This document shows positions 26,254 through 36,604 of a stretch of 62,683 nt of DNA, piece by piece (position 1 is the first letter of the stretch; every line of letters begins with the position of its first letter). The DNA comes from Promethearchaeota archaeon (lineage in GTDB: Archaea > Asgardarchaeota > Lokiarchaeia > Sigyniarchaeales > SOKP01). The position numbers were made by a program, and so were the translations under genes. Below the pieces are notes generated by a model. The model did not search any database. It saw only the letters and a list, made by a program, of their open reading frames with translations, and had not been told where the DNA came from. Location of the stretch: the NCBI GenBank assembly GCA_048939995.1, contig JBHLOY010000005.1, positions 155,853 through 218,535 of the forward strand, in the 5' to 3' direction.

Positions 26254-29178
26254 TTAAAATTTATGGTTCAATTTCTCTAATTTTTCTTTAATTTCAATTA
26301 GTATCTTCATCGCTTCTAGAGGTGTTAATGTATTGAGATCAACATCTTTTATAGATTCGATTAAATTTATAAACTCCTCATTAAGCTCAGATGATTTTAC
26401 TGCTATAGGTTTAAATAAGGAAGTTTGAATGTATTTCTTTTTATGTATTGGTTTCGCCTTTTTTTTGATGCTAGTAATCTCAGATTTTAATTTCTCAATT
26501 TCATAGCTTTTTTTACCTAATTCTTGTTCTCTTTCTGAAATTTCTTCCTCACACTTACTCAACTCTTCATGTTTTAATTCTAATTCTAAATTTAACTTCT
26601 CTAATTCTTTCAGTTTTTCCGCTATTAACTTATTATGATATTTTCCAGAACTTTTTTCACTGTTATTCTCTTTAATGGTTGCTCTAAAGGGATCTTTTTG
26701 TTCTATTTGCTCTAAAATTTCAAACGCTCTAATAATAACATCATCAGGGATTCCAGCTAATTTTGCAACGTGAATTCCATATGATTTATCTGTACTCCCT
26801 GGTTTCAACTTTCTTACAAAATTAATACTCCCATCTTCATTTTCAATGATATCAAGATGATAATTTTTGATTCTTGGCAAACTAATTTCTGTTAATTGAT
26901 GATAATGGGTGCTAAAAAGAGTTTTCACCTTTATTTCATGAAGTCTTTGCATAGTGGCCATTGCAATACTCTGTCCATCACTAGTACTTGTTCCTCTTCC
27001 AAGCTCATCTATTATGACAAGACTTTTAGGCGTAGCATAATTCAATATTTTGGCAGTTTCTGTCATTTCAATCATGAAAGTGCTTAACTTTCTTGCTAAA
27101 TCATCTGAAGCTCCAATACGGGTGAAGATTTGATCTATAATCCCAATCGTGGCTGATTTTGCTGGAACAAAACATCCCATTTGGGCGATTATACAAATTA
27201 AAGCAACTTGTCTAAGGAAAGTACTTTTACCTGCCATATTTGGACCGGTTATTACTAGAATTTGATCATTTTCTGTGTCCAAATAGCAATCATTTGGTAT
27301 AAACTTCTCAGAAATATTAATTTGCTCAACTACTGGATGTCTTCCACCCTTAATTGTTATTTTATCTTCTTGATTAATAATAGGACGGCAATAATTATAT
27401 TGCTCTGCGATCTCTGCAAAACACGCGATTACATCTATAAATGCAATATTTTTTGCAGTTTCTAAAATATCTAATGTATGTTGTAATACTTTCTCTCTAA
27501 TTGTAGTATAAATCTCATATTCTAAATTATTTATTTGTTCCTCTGCTTCTAATATTTTTTCTTCAAGTTCCTTCAATTTTGCGGTTGTAAACCGTTTAGC
27601 ATTCTTAAGAGTCTGTCTTTCAATATACTCCTCTGGCAACTTCGGAATTGTCTTTAAAGTGTTTAAGGTGATTTGAATATAATATCCAAGAATATTATTA
27701 TGACCAACTTTAAATCCAGAATTTATTCTCCATTTTGATTTTTGTTCATTTTCATAATCAAGAAGATAATTTTTCCCATTATGTAGAAGATCTCTTAATT
27801 GATCTATTCTACTATCAAAACCATTTTTAATGAGATTTCCTTCTTTTATAGTTATTGGAGGGTCTTCTTTTATAGAAGTCTCAATTAAACTCCTGAGCTC
27901 CCTAAAATCATCAATTTTCGTTAGAAAATTGGAAATCTCTGGAATTTTAGATTTTTCTAATAGAATTTTTACTTTGGGAATTTTTTCTAATGAATTTTTA
28001 ATATTGATTAAATCTCGTGCGTTTGAACTCCTGGAATAATTAACTTTGTTAATATATCTTTCAAGATCACCAATAACTTTTAATTCTTCTCTTAATTCTG
28101 ATCTTAAAAATACATCATCTTTGAACTTCTGGACTATATTAAGTCGATGATTTATTTCATCAATATTAGTAAGAGGTTGAAGAATTATCTTCTTTAATAA
28201 ACGAGCACCCATTGGTGTATGTGTATGATTAAAAATCGAATATAATGTAGTGTCTCTACCTTTTTCCCATAGGGAAGTAATTAGTTCCAAATTTCTTTGA
28301 GTAATATAATCCAAATGCAAAATCATTTTTTCTTGGATTAAACTTATTTTGAAAATATTGGGTAAAATATCTCTCTGAGTATCTTTTAAAAAAGCTAGAA
28401 GGCCCCCAGCTGCTTGGATCACTAGTTTTTTATTTTCTAAACCAAATCCTTGAAGATTTGATATTTTAAAATGTCGTGTAATTAAGGAATAAGCTTCTTC
28501 ATATTCAAAAACATAATCATCATAGGGCTTAATTAGTGCATCATTCAAATCAGTTAAAAGTAGAAATAATTGTTCTTCTTTTTTAAGTTCTGTAGGAAAG
28601 ATAACTTCAACAGGATCATATTGGGAAAAAATACTAAGAATTTTTTCTAATGAGTCTTTATGGTTAGTGACAAACTCGGAAGCTACAAACTCCCCTGTAG
28701 AAAGATCTGCAAAAGCGATTCCAAAACCTTCTTTACGTTTTATTATAGAGCAAATATAATTATTTTCAGTTGACTTTAACATATCAGATTCTATTATTGT
28801 TCCCGGTGATAATATTCGTACGACTCCCCTTTTAACGATTCTTCCTTTCACTGTAGAAGGATCTTCTAGCTGATCAACGACTATAACAGTCTGTCCCATA
28901 TTTACTAGATTTTTTATATAACTCCCAGCATGATATGGAATTCCTGCAAGAGGATAGGAGTCATCACCTATTTTTCGTTTAGTTAACGTAATTCCTAAAA
29001 GTCTAGATACTTTCTCGGCATCATCATAAAAGAATTCGTAAAAATCTCCCATTCTATAAGCTAAAACATGATCTGGATATTTTTCTTTGTACTTATTCTT
29101 AACACTAAACCAATGTTTCATCATTGGTGTTAAATCTTTAAGATTAAGTTCTTCTATTGAAGTTTTATCCTTCATCAT
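26254..29178 (-). CDS. mutS: DNA mismatch repair protein MutS
   Basis: GDFYEFF, TGPNMAGKST, DELGRGT, STHYH; extra C-terminal coiled coil. Confidence 0.97.
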   Translation of the reverse strand: MMKDKTSIEELNLKDLTPMMKHWFSVKNKYKEKYPDHVLAYRMGDFYEFFYDDAEKVSRLLGITLTKRKIGDDSYPLAGIPYHAGSYIKNLVNMGQTVIVVDQLEDPSTVKGRIVKRGVVRILSPGTIIESDMLKSTENNYICSIIKRKEGFGIAFADLSTGEFVASEFVTNHKDSLEKILSIFSQYDPVEVIFPTELKKEEQLFLLLTDLNDALIKPYDDYVFEYEEAYSLITRHFKISNLQGFGLENKKLVIQAAGGLLAFLKDTQRDILPNIFKISLIQEKMILHLDYITQRNLELITSLWEKGRDTTLYSIFNHTHTPMGARLLKKIILQPLTNIDEINHRLNIVQKFKDDVFLRSELREELKVIGDLERYINKVNYSRSSNARDLINIKNSLEKIPKVKILLEKSKIPEISNFLTKIDDFRELRSLIETSIKEDPPITIKEGNLIKNGFDSRIDQLRDLLHNGKNYLLDYENEQKSKWRINSGFKVGHNNILGYYIQITLNTLKTIPKLPEEYIERQTLKNAKRFTTAKLKELEEKILEAEEQINNLEYEIYTTIREKVLQHTLDILETAKNIAFIDVIACFAEIAEQYNYCRPIINQEDKITIKGGRHPVVEQINISEKFIPNDCYLDTENDQILVITGPNMAGKSTFLRQVALICIIAQMGCFVPAKSATIGIIDQIFTRIGASDDLARKLSTFMIEMTETAKILNYATPKSLVIIDELGRGTSTSDGQSIAMATMQRLHEIKVKTLFSTHYHQLTEISLPRIKNYHLDIIENEDGSINFVRKLKPGSTDKSYGIHVAKLAGIPDDVIIRAFEILEQIEQKDPFRATIKENNSEKSSGKYHNKLIAEKLKELEKLNLELELKHEELSKCEEEISEREQELGKKSYEIEKLKSEITSIKKKAKPIHKKKYIQTSLFKPIAVKSSELNEEFINLIESIKDVDLNTLTPLEAMKILIEIKEKLEKLNHKF

Positions 29179-29306
29179 AAGAAAAAATTCAATTCTCAGA
29201 AATAAATATTATAACTCTATTAATTTTCACTTGAAATTTATAATTTTTATTATAAATTTAATAATAGCAAAAAAAAATAGCTTAGATACCCTCTGAGTGA
29301 GGGATT

Positions 29307-32099
29307 TTAGATATGTAGTATTTTCTTTTCTAAAGTCAGATCATAAGCTTCTTTCATAGCCTCTTCATAGATATCAATCTTGAACTTATTATGAAATGGA
29401 CTAATTTTGCTGCCTAATTTAGCAATTTTACTTAAGGTTTTTGGAAAGAATCTGATAACTGGGGCGGTGACCAATAATGCTGCTCTTTCAAACTCCTGCA
29501 AAGTGTTATCATCATAACCACCAAAAAAGCCATCTAAGAAAGAATAGAAGAATATGAATACAAAAATCCCTAATAGGAATATAATTGCAGTATTGAGGAT
29601 CTTATCTCCCAATGGAATTGACCAAATTAATTCTCCAACAAAGTACAATACTACAAAATTGATAAAAGCCGAAAGGGCTGGGGTAAGGAATGTCTTAAAG
29701 GGATAAATCTTGTATTTAATTATTTTCTTCCTAACTATAATCCAGGCAATCAAGTCTTTAAGTAAAACTGCAGGGATATAAGCTATAATCACATAGACCA
29801 TATCTCTCAAAAATACCACTAATACATACATCAACAATGCTCTACTAGCTTGTTCAATAATCCATACTACCATTGCATACCCAGTATGCCCAGTACCTTG
29901 GAATACAGAATCAACTAACCAGGAATAAATACCTCCAGCGTGAAAAAGTAACAGTGGAATTAAAAATTTGACCGCAGGAGCACCATACTCTTCACCAGCA
30001 GCACCTATTAAAAATTTTTCCCCTGTGGCAAATAGAACCGATATTAAGAAAAATGCAAAGTAATTCCCCCATCGAAAAGCTTGATAAATATATAGTTTAG
30101 TTAATGTATGTTTATTATGAGAGCTTGATTCACTATAAGCTCCTAGAAGTGTATTCGAATAAAGAGTAACTATTTGAACTATCATTCCTAGAGTCCATGT
30201 TAGATTAAACCATCCTAAATTATTGGAATAATTTGCTACAAATATAGATGTAATGATTACTTGTATAAACCAACCTATTTGCACGAAACCTTCTCCAATC
30301 CCTAATTTTGATCCATAACTTAATGATTCTTTCACTTCTTTTCTAGAGAAATCGATTCTAAAACATGTCTTAGCTGAAAAACCTTGTTTTTTAAACATTA
30401 AAATTGAAATAATAAAAGTCATCCAAAAATCAAAGCAGCGCGCAATTGCATAACCTATCCCTGCACCTAATGCTTCACCAAAAACAGGGTTAGCAGCACC
30501 CCATATACGCCCAAGATAACAAAAAATCACTTGACCTATCAATAGAAACACAATTTCCCAGAATATATAGAGAATTAAATAGAAATCTGAACGCTGCATT
30601 CCCTGAAAAGTATACATGAATACTAAGAAAACACCAGGGTATTGAACAAATGAATATATTATGAAAATCCAGCTCATATGAGCAAGGTTAGTATAGGGAA
30701 AAATGAATGATCCAATAAAAGCTATGATTGATATTTGAATGATGCCCGTAAAAATTTGCCACCATACATAAATTTGAATATAATGTATTGATTTTTCAGG
30801 GTTTTTTACTCTGTATTGGGCGAAGAATTTCGCCAAAGCAAAACTAGTTCCAAAGTCGAATAAGATCCAGATTATTTGAAAGAAATTGTAGGCATAATTA
30901 TACCAACCAGCAGCTTGTGGATAGGGTTGTATAATTTGAGGCATGATAAAGTTAGAGATCAATAATTGGGGTAATACTAGAATTAAACCTATAAAAAGAG
31001 TAAAAAGAAAACCTCCCAACTGGCGATGAACACCTATAACTTCCCATTCATCTTTTAAATCTACATGTTCCTCTACCTTTTTTTCTAAAATTTTGGCTTC
31101 CTCCAACTTTTTCTTCTCTTCTTCTTCAGCCTGAAGCTTTATAAGTTCAATTGTTTCTTGGTTCATTGCTGTTCTTGATTTTCGTTTAACTACAAGAAAT
31201 AACGCAATAGCTAATATTGCAAGAACCAAGATAATGATCCCAATTATGGTTTGCTCTAAAAAGTGAGGAACCGGTGAATAAGGCCAAGCTGCATATGTTT
31301 GGAACGATAGATTTAGACTATTATATATTAAAGCGTATAAAAGATAATTGAAGTAAGGCCATACTTTAAAATCTAAGTTAGCGTTTTTTTCTAACCAACC
31401 AGTGAACAAGACAACAGTTCCACTCCCTTTTAAGGTTTCAATAATAAGTGGTTGGCGATTGGCATCAATTTGTAAATTTTTTGAAATAGGATAAGCATCA
31501 ATAACTCTTTTTATTGAGGGTAAAAACAATTCCTGTCCGTTCTCTCTAATTAATAATGTCATATTTTTAACTTTCATATCAGGAGCAGAATTCCAATCAA
31601 TGTTGTTGCTAATTGGATGCGATGCATTATTAACGATACATAACATAGATTCTTGATTTGTTTCTTTATAGCTTTCGAATAACGAATTATTGATTAAATC
31701 TAATTCAGCTAAAAAAGTAGCATTATCATATAAATTTTGTCCTGTAAAAATCAAAGCACCACCTCCCCCAAACTCCACAAAATCTGAAATAACTTGCTGC
31801 TCTGAGCTATTTAAGAGAGCATCAAATACTACGACAGCATCAATCCATGATCCAATTGCAATCAATGGTTCAGGATCAGATATAATTGAAATATTAAAAT
31901 CTGCTTGATCAATCCCCAGACTTTGAAGAAATAACTCATCATTTCCCTTACTTATCACTAAAACATTTCTACTAATACTTGGCTGCGCAAATGCTGGTCT
32001 TATTAATAAGAATACAGCAATGTTAGTTGCAACTAATGTAATCAAACCTATAGTTAGTATTTTTGATACTTTTTTTTTTGTAATAGCCATAAATATCAA
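29307..32099 (-). CDS. MOP-superfamily (Wzx/MurJ-like) flippase fused to an N-terminal extracytoplasmic domain
   Basis: N-terminal TM, ~250-aa soluble alpha/beta domain, TM, charged linker, then ~14 TMs with FDFGTSFALAKF and FQG motifs. Confidence 0.6.
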   Translation of the reverse strand: MIFMAITKKKVSKILTIGLITLVATNIAVFLLIRPAFAQPSISRNVLVISKGNDELFLQSLGIDQADFNISIISDPEPLIAIGSWIDAVVVFDALLNSSEQQVISDFVEFGGGGALIFTGQNLYDNATFLAELDLINNSLFESYKETNQESMLCIVNNASHPISNNIDWNSAPDMKVKNMTLLIRENGQELFLPSIKRVIDAYPISKNLQIDANRQPLIIETLKGSGTVVLFTGWLEKNANLDFKVWPYFNYLLYALIYNSLNLSFQTYAAWPYSPVPHFLEQTIIGIIILVLAILAIALFLVVKRKSRTAMNQETIELIKLQAEEEEKKKLEEAKILEKKVEEHVDLKDEWEVIGVHRQLGGFLFTLFIGLILVLPQLLISNFIMPQIIQPYPQAAGWYNYAYNFFQIIWILFDFGTSFALAKFFAQYRVKNPEKSIHYIQIYVWWQIFTGIIQISIIAFIGSFIFPYTNLAHMSWIFIIYSFVQYPGVFLVFMYTFQGMQRSDFYLILYIFWEIVFLLIGQVIFCYLGRIWGAANPVFGEALGAGIGYAIARCFDFWMTFIISILMFKKQGFSAKTCFRIDFSRKEVKESLSYGSKLGIGEGFVQIGWFIQVIITSIFVANYSNNLGWFNLTWTLGMIVQIVTLYSNTLLGAYSESSSHNKHTLTKLYIYQAFRWGNYFAFFLISVLFATGEKFLIGAAGEEYGAPAVKFLIPLLLFHAGGIYSWLVDSVFQGTGHTGYAMVVWIIEQASRALLMYVLVVFLRDMVYVIIAYIPAVLLKDLIAWIIVRKKIIKYKIYPFKTFLTPALSAFINFVVLYFVGELIWSIPLGDKILNTAIIFLLGIFVFIFFYSFLDGFFGGYDDNTLQEFERAALLVTAPVIRFFPKTLSKIAKLGSKISPFHNKFKIDIYEEAMKEAYDLTLEKKILHI

Positions 32100-32161
32100 T
32101 TTTTTAGTTAAAATTAGTATTTAATAATGAAATTTTGCTATTTATTAACTTTTATTTTTTT

Positions 32162-33010
32162 CTAAAGATGCTTCTCAAGCCACACATACATATCACGATA
32201 CACTAATGCGCGACTTTTTTCGTTCCATAATTCATGGAGGAATCCATCATATTCTTTATACGTCTTATCTTGAGATTTTACTTCTTTATAAAATTCTATT
32301 GTTTTTGTTTTATCGACAATATTTTCAGTTCCAGCTTGTAAGATCAATAGTGGACAAAGTAAATTTACTGCGTTGTCCATAGCCCATTTCATTGAAGACT
32401 CCATTTCCGCTAAAGATTTCAACGTAATTACCTCTAATTTATTCTTATCAGCAATATGTTCCCTTAAAATTTTTAAATCACTTGTTAATTGATTTTGATC
32501 AATGACAAATTGGATATTTTTAGTAGGTTTTGAAATAGCTCCTCTAACCATTTTCATTACTTTTTTGCCGCTAGATGATTTCAACGTTAATCCTAATTGA
32601 GGGGATGATACAATGACTCCCGATAAACCGGGATGTTCAATAGCATAAATTAAACTTATTAAACCTCCAAAGTCATGCCCCATTAAATATATTTTATTAT
32701 TTCCAGCTTTTTCTCTTACAATATCAATGAATAATACAAGATCTTTTTGAATATGATCCATACTATCAATGTGACCCAAAATCTCAGCATTTCGATAATG
32801 TCCTCTTAGATCAAATGTGAAGACAGCATAACCTTTCTCTGTAAAGAATTCAGCAAGAACTTTTATTCTATCAGAGTGGGTTCCCCAACCATGAATTGTT
32901 ATCAAATATGCTTTTACATCATTGGAATCAGGGACCCAAAATTGATAAAACAGTTTTTTATTCTCCCTACCCTCAAAGTAGCCAGATACATTTATCATAT
33001 CGATCCACAT
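32162..33010 (-). CDS. Lysophospholipase/monoglyceride lipase-like alpha/beta hydrolase (nucleophile elbow GHDFGG)
   Basis: HGWGTHS, FDLRGH, GHDFGG, HELWNE. Confidence 0.8.
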   Translation of the reverse strand: MWIDMINVSGYFEGRENKKLFYQFWVPDSNDVKAYLITIHGWGTHSDRIKVLAEFFTEKGYAVFTFDLRGHYRNAEILGHIDSMDHIQKDLVLFIDIVREKAGNNKIYLMGHDFGGLISLIYAIEHPGLSGVIVSSPQLGLTLKSSSGKKVMKMVRGAISKPTKNIQFVIDQNQLTSDLKILREHIADKNKLEVITLKSLAEMESSMKWAMDNAVNLLCPLLILQAGTENIVDKTKTIEFYKEVKSQDKTYKEYDGFLHELWNEKSRALVYRDMYVWLEKHL

Positions 33011-33178
33011 TAAACTTCTATAAAAATAGATTTAATAAGAATAATAATTTCAGTATTTTTTTATTATTATTGTTTTTAGAAATGTTATTAAAGAAAGGTG
33101 CTAATATGACAAATTTTTACATTAATCAGTAAACTTCTTATAAAATAATTTTATTTTATTATCAATATTTTAAAATTA

Positions 33179-33793
33179 TTGTCAATTTCAATGAATGCAC
33201 TAGAAAAAAATGATGAAATCATTAGCATAATTATATTAGGCAGGGGGGGACAAGGAGCAGTCACTGCCTGTGAGCTTATTGCTGAAGCTGCCTATTTAAG
33301 TGGAAATTTTAAAGATGTTCACGCCTATCCATCATTTGGCGCTGAAAGAAGAGGCGCGCCAGTTCAAGCTTATGCCAAACTCTCAAGGACAGAGAAAATA
33401 TGGGATCGAGCACAAATTGAGCATCCTGATATCTTAATTGTATTCGATGAAACTGTTTTGGATTATGAGGTTGTGGCTTCATTAAAAAAATCAGGTATAT
33501 TTATAATCAATTCGAATAAAGAACCAGAATTTTTTGCAAATCAATTTAATTTTAGTGAAGATATAAAAGTGATAGTAGCCGATATTAGCAATCTAGCCTT
33601 AAAGAAGAATCTAACAATTGAGGGAAACCCGGTTATAAATACTCCAATTTTAGGTTTACTATCCAAAGCTTTGCCAGATTTGACTTTAGAAAATTTAAAA
33701 ACAGTTGTGGTTGATAAACTGGGTGAAAAATTAGGAACTCTTAATTTTGAGTTAATAGAACAGGGATATAATTTAGCGAAGATATTTAATTAA
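33179..33793 (+). CDS. porG: 2-oxoacid (pyruvate-type):ferredoxin oxidoreductase gamma subunit
   Basis: GRGGQGAVT, PSFGAERRGAPV, NTPILG. Confidence 0.9.
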   Translation: MSISMNALEKNDEIISIIILGRGGQGAVTACELIAEAAYLSGNFKDVHAYPSFGAERRGAPVQAYAKLSRTEKIWDRAQIEHPDILIVFDETVLDYEVVASLKKSGIFIINSNKEPEFFANQFNFSEDIKVIVADISNLALKKNLTIEGNPVINTPILGLLSKALPDLTLENLKTVVVDKLGEKLGTLNFELIEQGYNLAKIFN

Positions 33794-36047
33794 GTGGTAA
33801 TTTTATAATAAAGGTACTTCCTTTATTTCTTCCAGCTGATTCAGCTCTAATTTCTCCTTCATGCAAGTCAACTATTTCTTTTGATATAAATAATCCTAAA
33901 CCAGTACCTTGGATATCAACATATTCATAACCAGGACCATATCGTTCAATTTTTCCAAATCTTGTAAATAACATGTGCATCTCCTCTTTAGTGAGCCCAA
34001 TACCGGTATCACTTATCTTTAATTCCGCCCAATGGCCATTCTTAGTTAAACTGAGACTTATCTCGCCGTCTGGAGGGGTATTTTTTATTGCATTTGATAT
34101 TAAATTTATAAGCACTTGCTCAATCCTTATTTTGTCTATTCTCAACTCAAAAATGTCTGGAATGGATTGCTTTAAATTGATTTTTCTTTCTTTTATCCAA
34201 TAATCCAATTCTTTAATACATTCGATAATAATTTCACTTAGATTATGGGAGGTTTTTGTAAGTCGAAGTTTTTTATATTCAATACGAGAAATATCAATTA
34301 GATTATCAACCAAATGCCTTAATCTTTTCCCTCCTTTCACAATTAATTCAATTATTTCAAGTTGTTCTTTTTCAAGCTTGTCCTTATATAAACTTAATAA
34401 GAGTTCACTTCCCCCGCTTATAGATACAAGGGGAGTTTTCAATTCATGTGAAACTCTAGAAATTAAATTTTTTCTTATGATATCTAATTCCTTTAATTTT
34501 TTGACCTCTTCTCTTATTAAGATTTCAGCCTCCTTCTTTGGAGTAATATCCGTAAAAAGTGCCTGCACGTGGGTTTTCTCTCCTATTTTAATTAGACCTG
34601 CCTGCAAATTAACCCAGATTAAACTTCCATTTTTCCTATAAGCCTGTAGATCTATTCGATGGACTCTCTCTCCTTTAACAAATTTCTTAAACAACTCAAC
34701 AAGATTTTTTAGATATTCTGGATGAATAACAGAAGCATCCTTAAAATTCTTCCCTTTTAAGTCATCTTTAGTATATCCAAAAGTATCTGTAAATGTCTGA
34801 TTAAAATCAACGATAAGGCCTCTAGAATCTATTAATACGATCGAAAAAGGCGTATTTTCATAAAGACTTCTAAATTTCTCTTCTGATTCTCTCACCTTTC
34901 TTTCTAAATTAAATTTCTCTGTAACATCATTAATTGTTCCATCAATCTCAATTGGCCATCCATCTTTATCTCTTATTAAATGTGAATTTAACTCTAAGAT
35001 AATCTTTTTACCTTTTTTTGTTTTTGCATGGCATATATAGTTTCTTGCTACCCCCTCCTTAACAATTTTTTCTAGATAATCCCCCCGATCTTCAGGATCC
35101 TGCCAAAAATCCGTAACATTTTTACCTTTTAAATCTTCTGAAGGATCATATTCTAAAATTATATTATGTTCACTATTATGGTTCAAAATTTGGCCATCCA
35201 AAGTTACTTGGTAAAAACCAATATCTAAATTCTCTATTAGATTACGGTATTTTTGTTCTGATTCTTTTAAATTCTGTTCTGCTATTTTTCTTTCAGAAAT
35301 GTCTTCAGTATGAACAATAATTAGATCCGGACTAACGTAACCATAATTAACTGATAAATCTTTTTCTTCATCCAAATGTTGGAACCTATATTTCATTTCT
35401 CTTGTAATTTGGATCTTTTGCTCCATACAAATCTTTAAATCTTCTATAATATCTAATCTATCTTTATATAATTTGGATGCTTTATACCCTAAAAAATCAT
35501 TCACACGTCCATTTGTAATTTTCTCAGCTGCATTATTGAAATCTATTAGCACGAAATCATTATCATATTTTTGCCAAGTATATGCTGGAATAGGCCCCTC
35601 TTTATATAAAGCCTTGAAGATTCCCTCTGATTTTTTTAAATTTTGTTCAGTTATTTTACGATCTGTTATATTTTTACCAATACCTAAAATAGCATAAATT
35701 TCTCCATTTTTCTTTAAAGGAATTCCATATGTTTCAACATAAATGTAGTTTCCATGCTTTGTTTTAATCTTATATTCGCTTCTTTTTGATTGTTTCCCAT
35801 TTTTCCTTATCTCTTTAGTTATTTTATAGGCTTTTTGCAAGTTTTCTTTATCTAATAGATTTATGAAAGATACGTTAGGTATTTCATTTCTTTCATAACC
35901 TAAAGTAATCAATGTAATTTCATTGGCATCTAAAAAATTACCATTTAAATCATTGACATATATCAAGTCCAATGAATGCTCAAAAAGATCTTTGAATTTT
36001 TTTCTTACTTCATCCTTATTATATTCCATTTTAATAACCCTTAACAA
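33786..36047 (-). CDS. Cytoplasmic multi-PAS sensor histidine kinase
   Basis: About four PAS/PAC repeats ending (D/N)(I/V)(T/S); SHELKTPL, NLISNAIK, DTGIG, GTGLGL; no TM or receiver domain. Confidence 0.92.
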   Translation of the reverse strand: MLRVIKMEYNKDEVRKKFKDLFEHSLDLIYVNDLNGNFLDANEITLITLGYERNEIPNVSFINLLDKENLQKAYKITKEIRKNGKQSKRSEYKIKTKHGNYIYVETYGIPLKKNGEIYAILGIGKNITDRKITEQNLKKSEGIFKALYKEGPIPAYTWQKYDNDFVLIDFNNAAEKITNGRVNDFLGYKASKLYKDRLDIIEDLKICMEQKIQITREMKYRFQHLDEEKDLSVNYGYVSPDLIIVHTEDISERKIAEQNLKESEQKYRNLIENLDIGFYQVTLDGQILNHNSEHNIILEYDPSEDLKGKNVTDFWQDPEDRGDYLEKIVKEGVARNYICHAKTKKGKKIILELNSHLIRDKDGWPIEIDGTINDVTEKFNLERKVRESEEKFRSLYENTPFSIVLIDSRGLIVDFNQTFTDTFGYTKDDLKGKNFKDASVIHPEYLKNLVELFKKFVKGERVHRIDLQAYRKNGSLIWVNLQAGLIKIGEKTHVQALFTDITPKKEAEILIREEVKKLKELDIIRKNLISRVSHELKTPLVSISGGSELLLSLYKDKLEKEQLEIIELIVKGGKRLRHLVDNLIDISRIEYKKLRLTKTSHNLSEIIIECIKELDYWIKERKINLKQSIPDIFELRIDKIRIEQVLINLISNAIKNTPPDGEISLSLTKNGHWAELKISDTGIGLTKEEMHMLFTRFGKIERYGPGYEYVDIQGTGLGLFISKEIVDLHEGEIRAESAGRNKGSTFIIKLPLN

Positions 36048-36304
36048 TAAACAGAAATTTCTTTTAGAATCTTCTCTAAAGACTTTATCAAACTATTATT
36101 ATTTATTTTTTTCTTTTAAGAAAGGAAATAAGGATGCAAAGCTAATATTGGAGCTTAACTTACTATTTAAAATTTGATAAGTAAAAAAAAAAAAAATTAT
36201 AAGATACTTTTCGAGTAATTGTTATCAAATTTAATAGCAAGAATTTTATGTCAAAAGTTATTAATTCTCATATTAAATTCTATTCAATAATTTATGTGTT
36301 AGCG

Positions 36305-36604
36305 ATGACAAATTCCAAAAAGGATTATCAAAAAATTTTAGGCTCTGTTCAAAAACCCGTGAAAGGTGAGGCAGGGAAAACCGGAACTTGGAGCTCTAAA
36401 AAACCTATAATTGATATAGAAAAATGTATTCCTGCTAGATCAGGTAAACCTAGCTGTTTTAATTGTTGGTTATTTTGTCCAGAGGCAGTTATTTCAAGAA
36501 CAATTCCTCCAATTATAGAATTAGATTATTGTAAAGGGTGCGGAATATGCATGGAAGAATGTCCTGTTAAGGCTATCACTATGGAAGAGGTGAAAACCAA
36601 TTGA
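36305..36604 (+). CDS. porD: 2-oxoacid:ferredoxin oxidoreductase delta (ferredoxin) subunit
   Basis: KTGTW..KP, C..CFNCWLFCPE, YCKGCGICMEECP; ATG 36305 preferred over 36248. Confidence 0.9.
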   Translation: MTNSKKDYQKILGSVQKPVKGEAGKTGTWSSKKPIIDIEKCIPARSGKPSCFNCWLFCPEAVISRTIPPIIELDYCKGCGICMEECPVKAITMEEVKTN

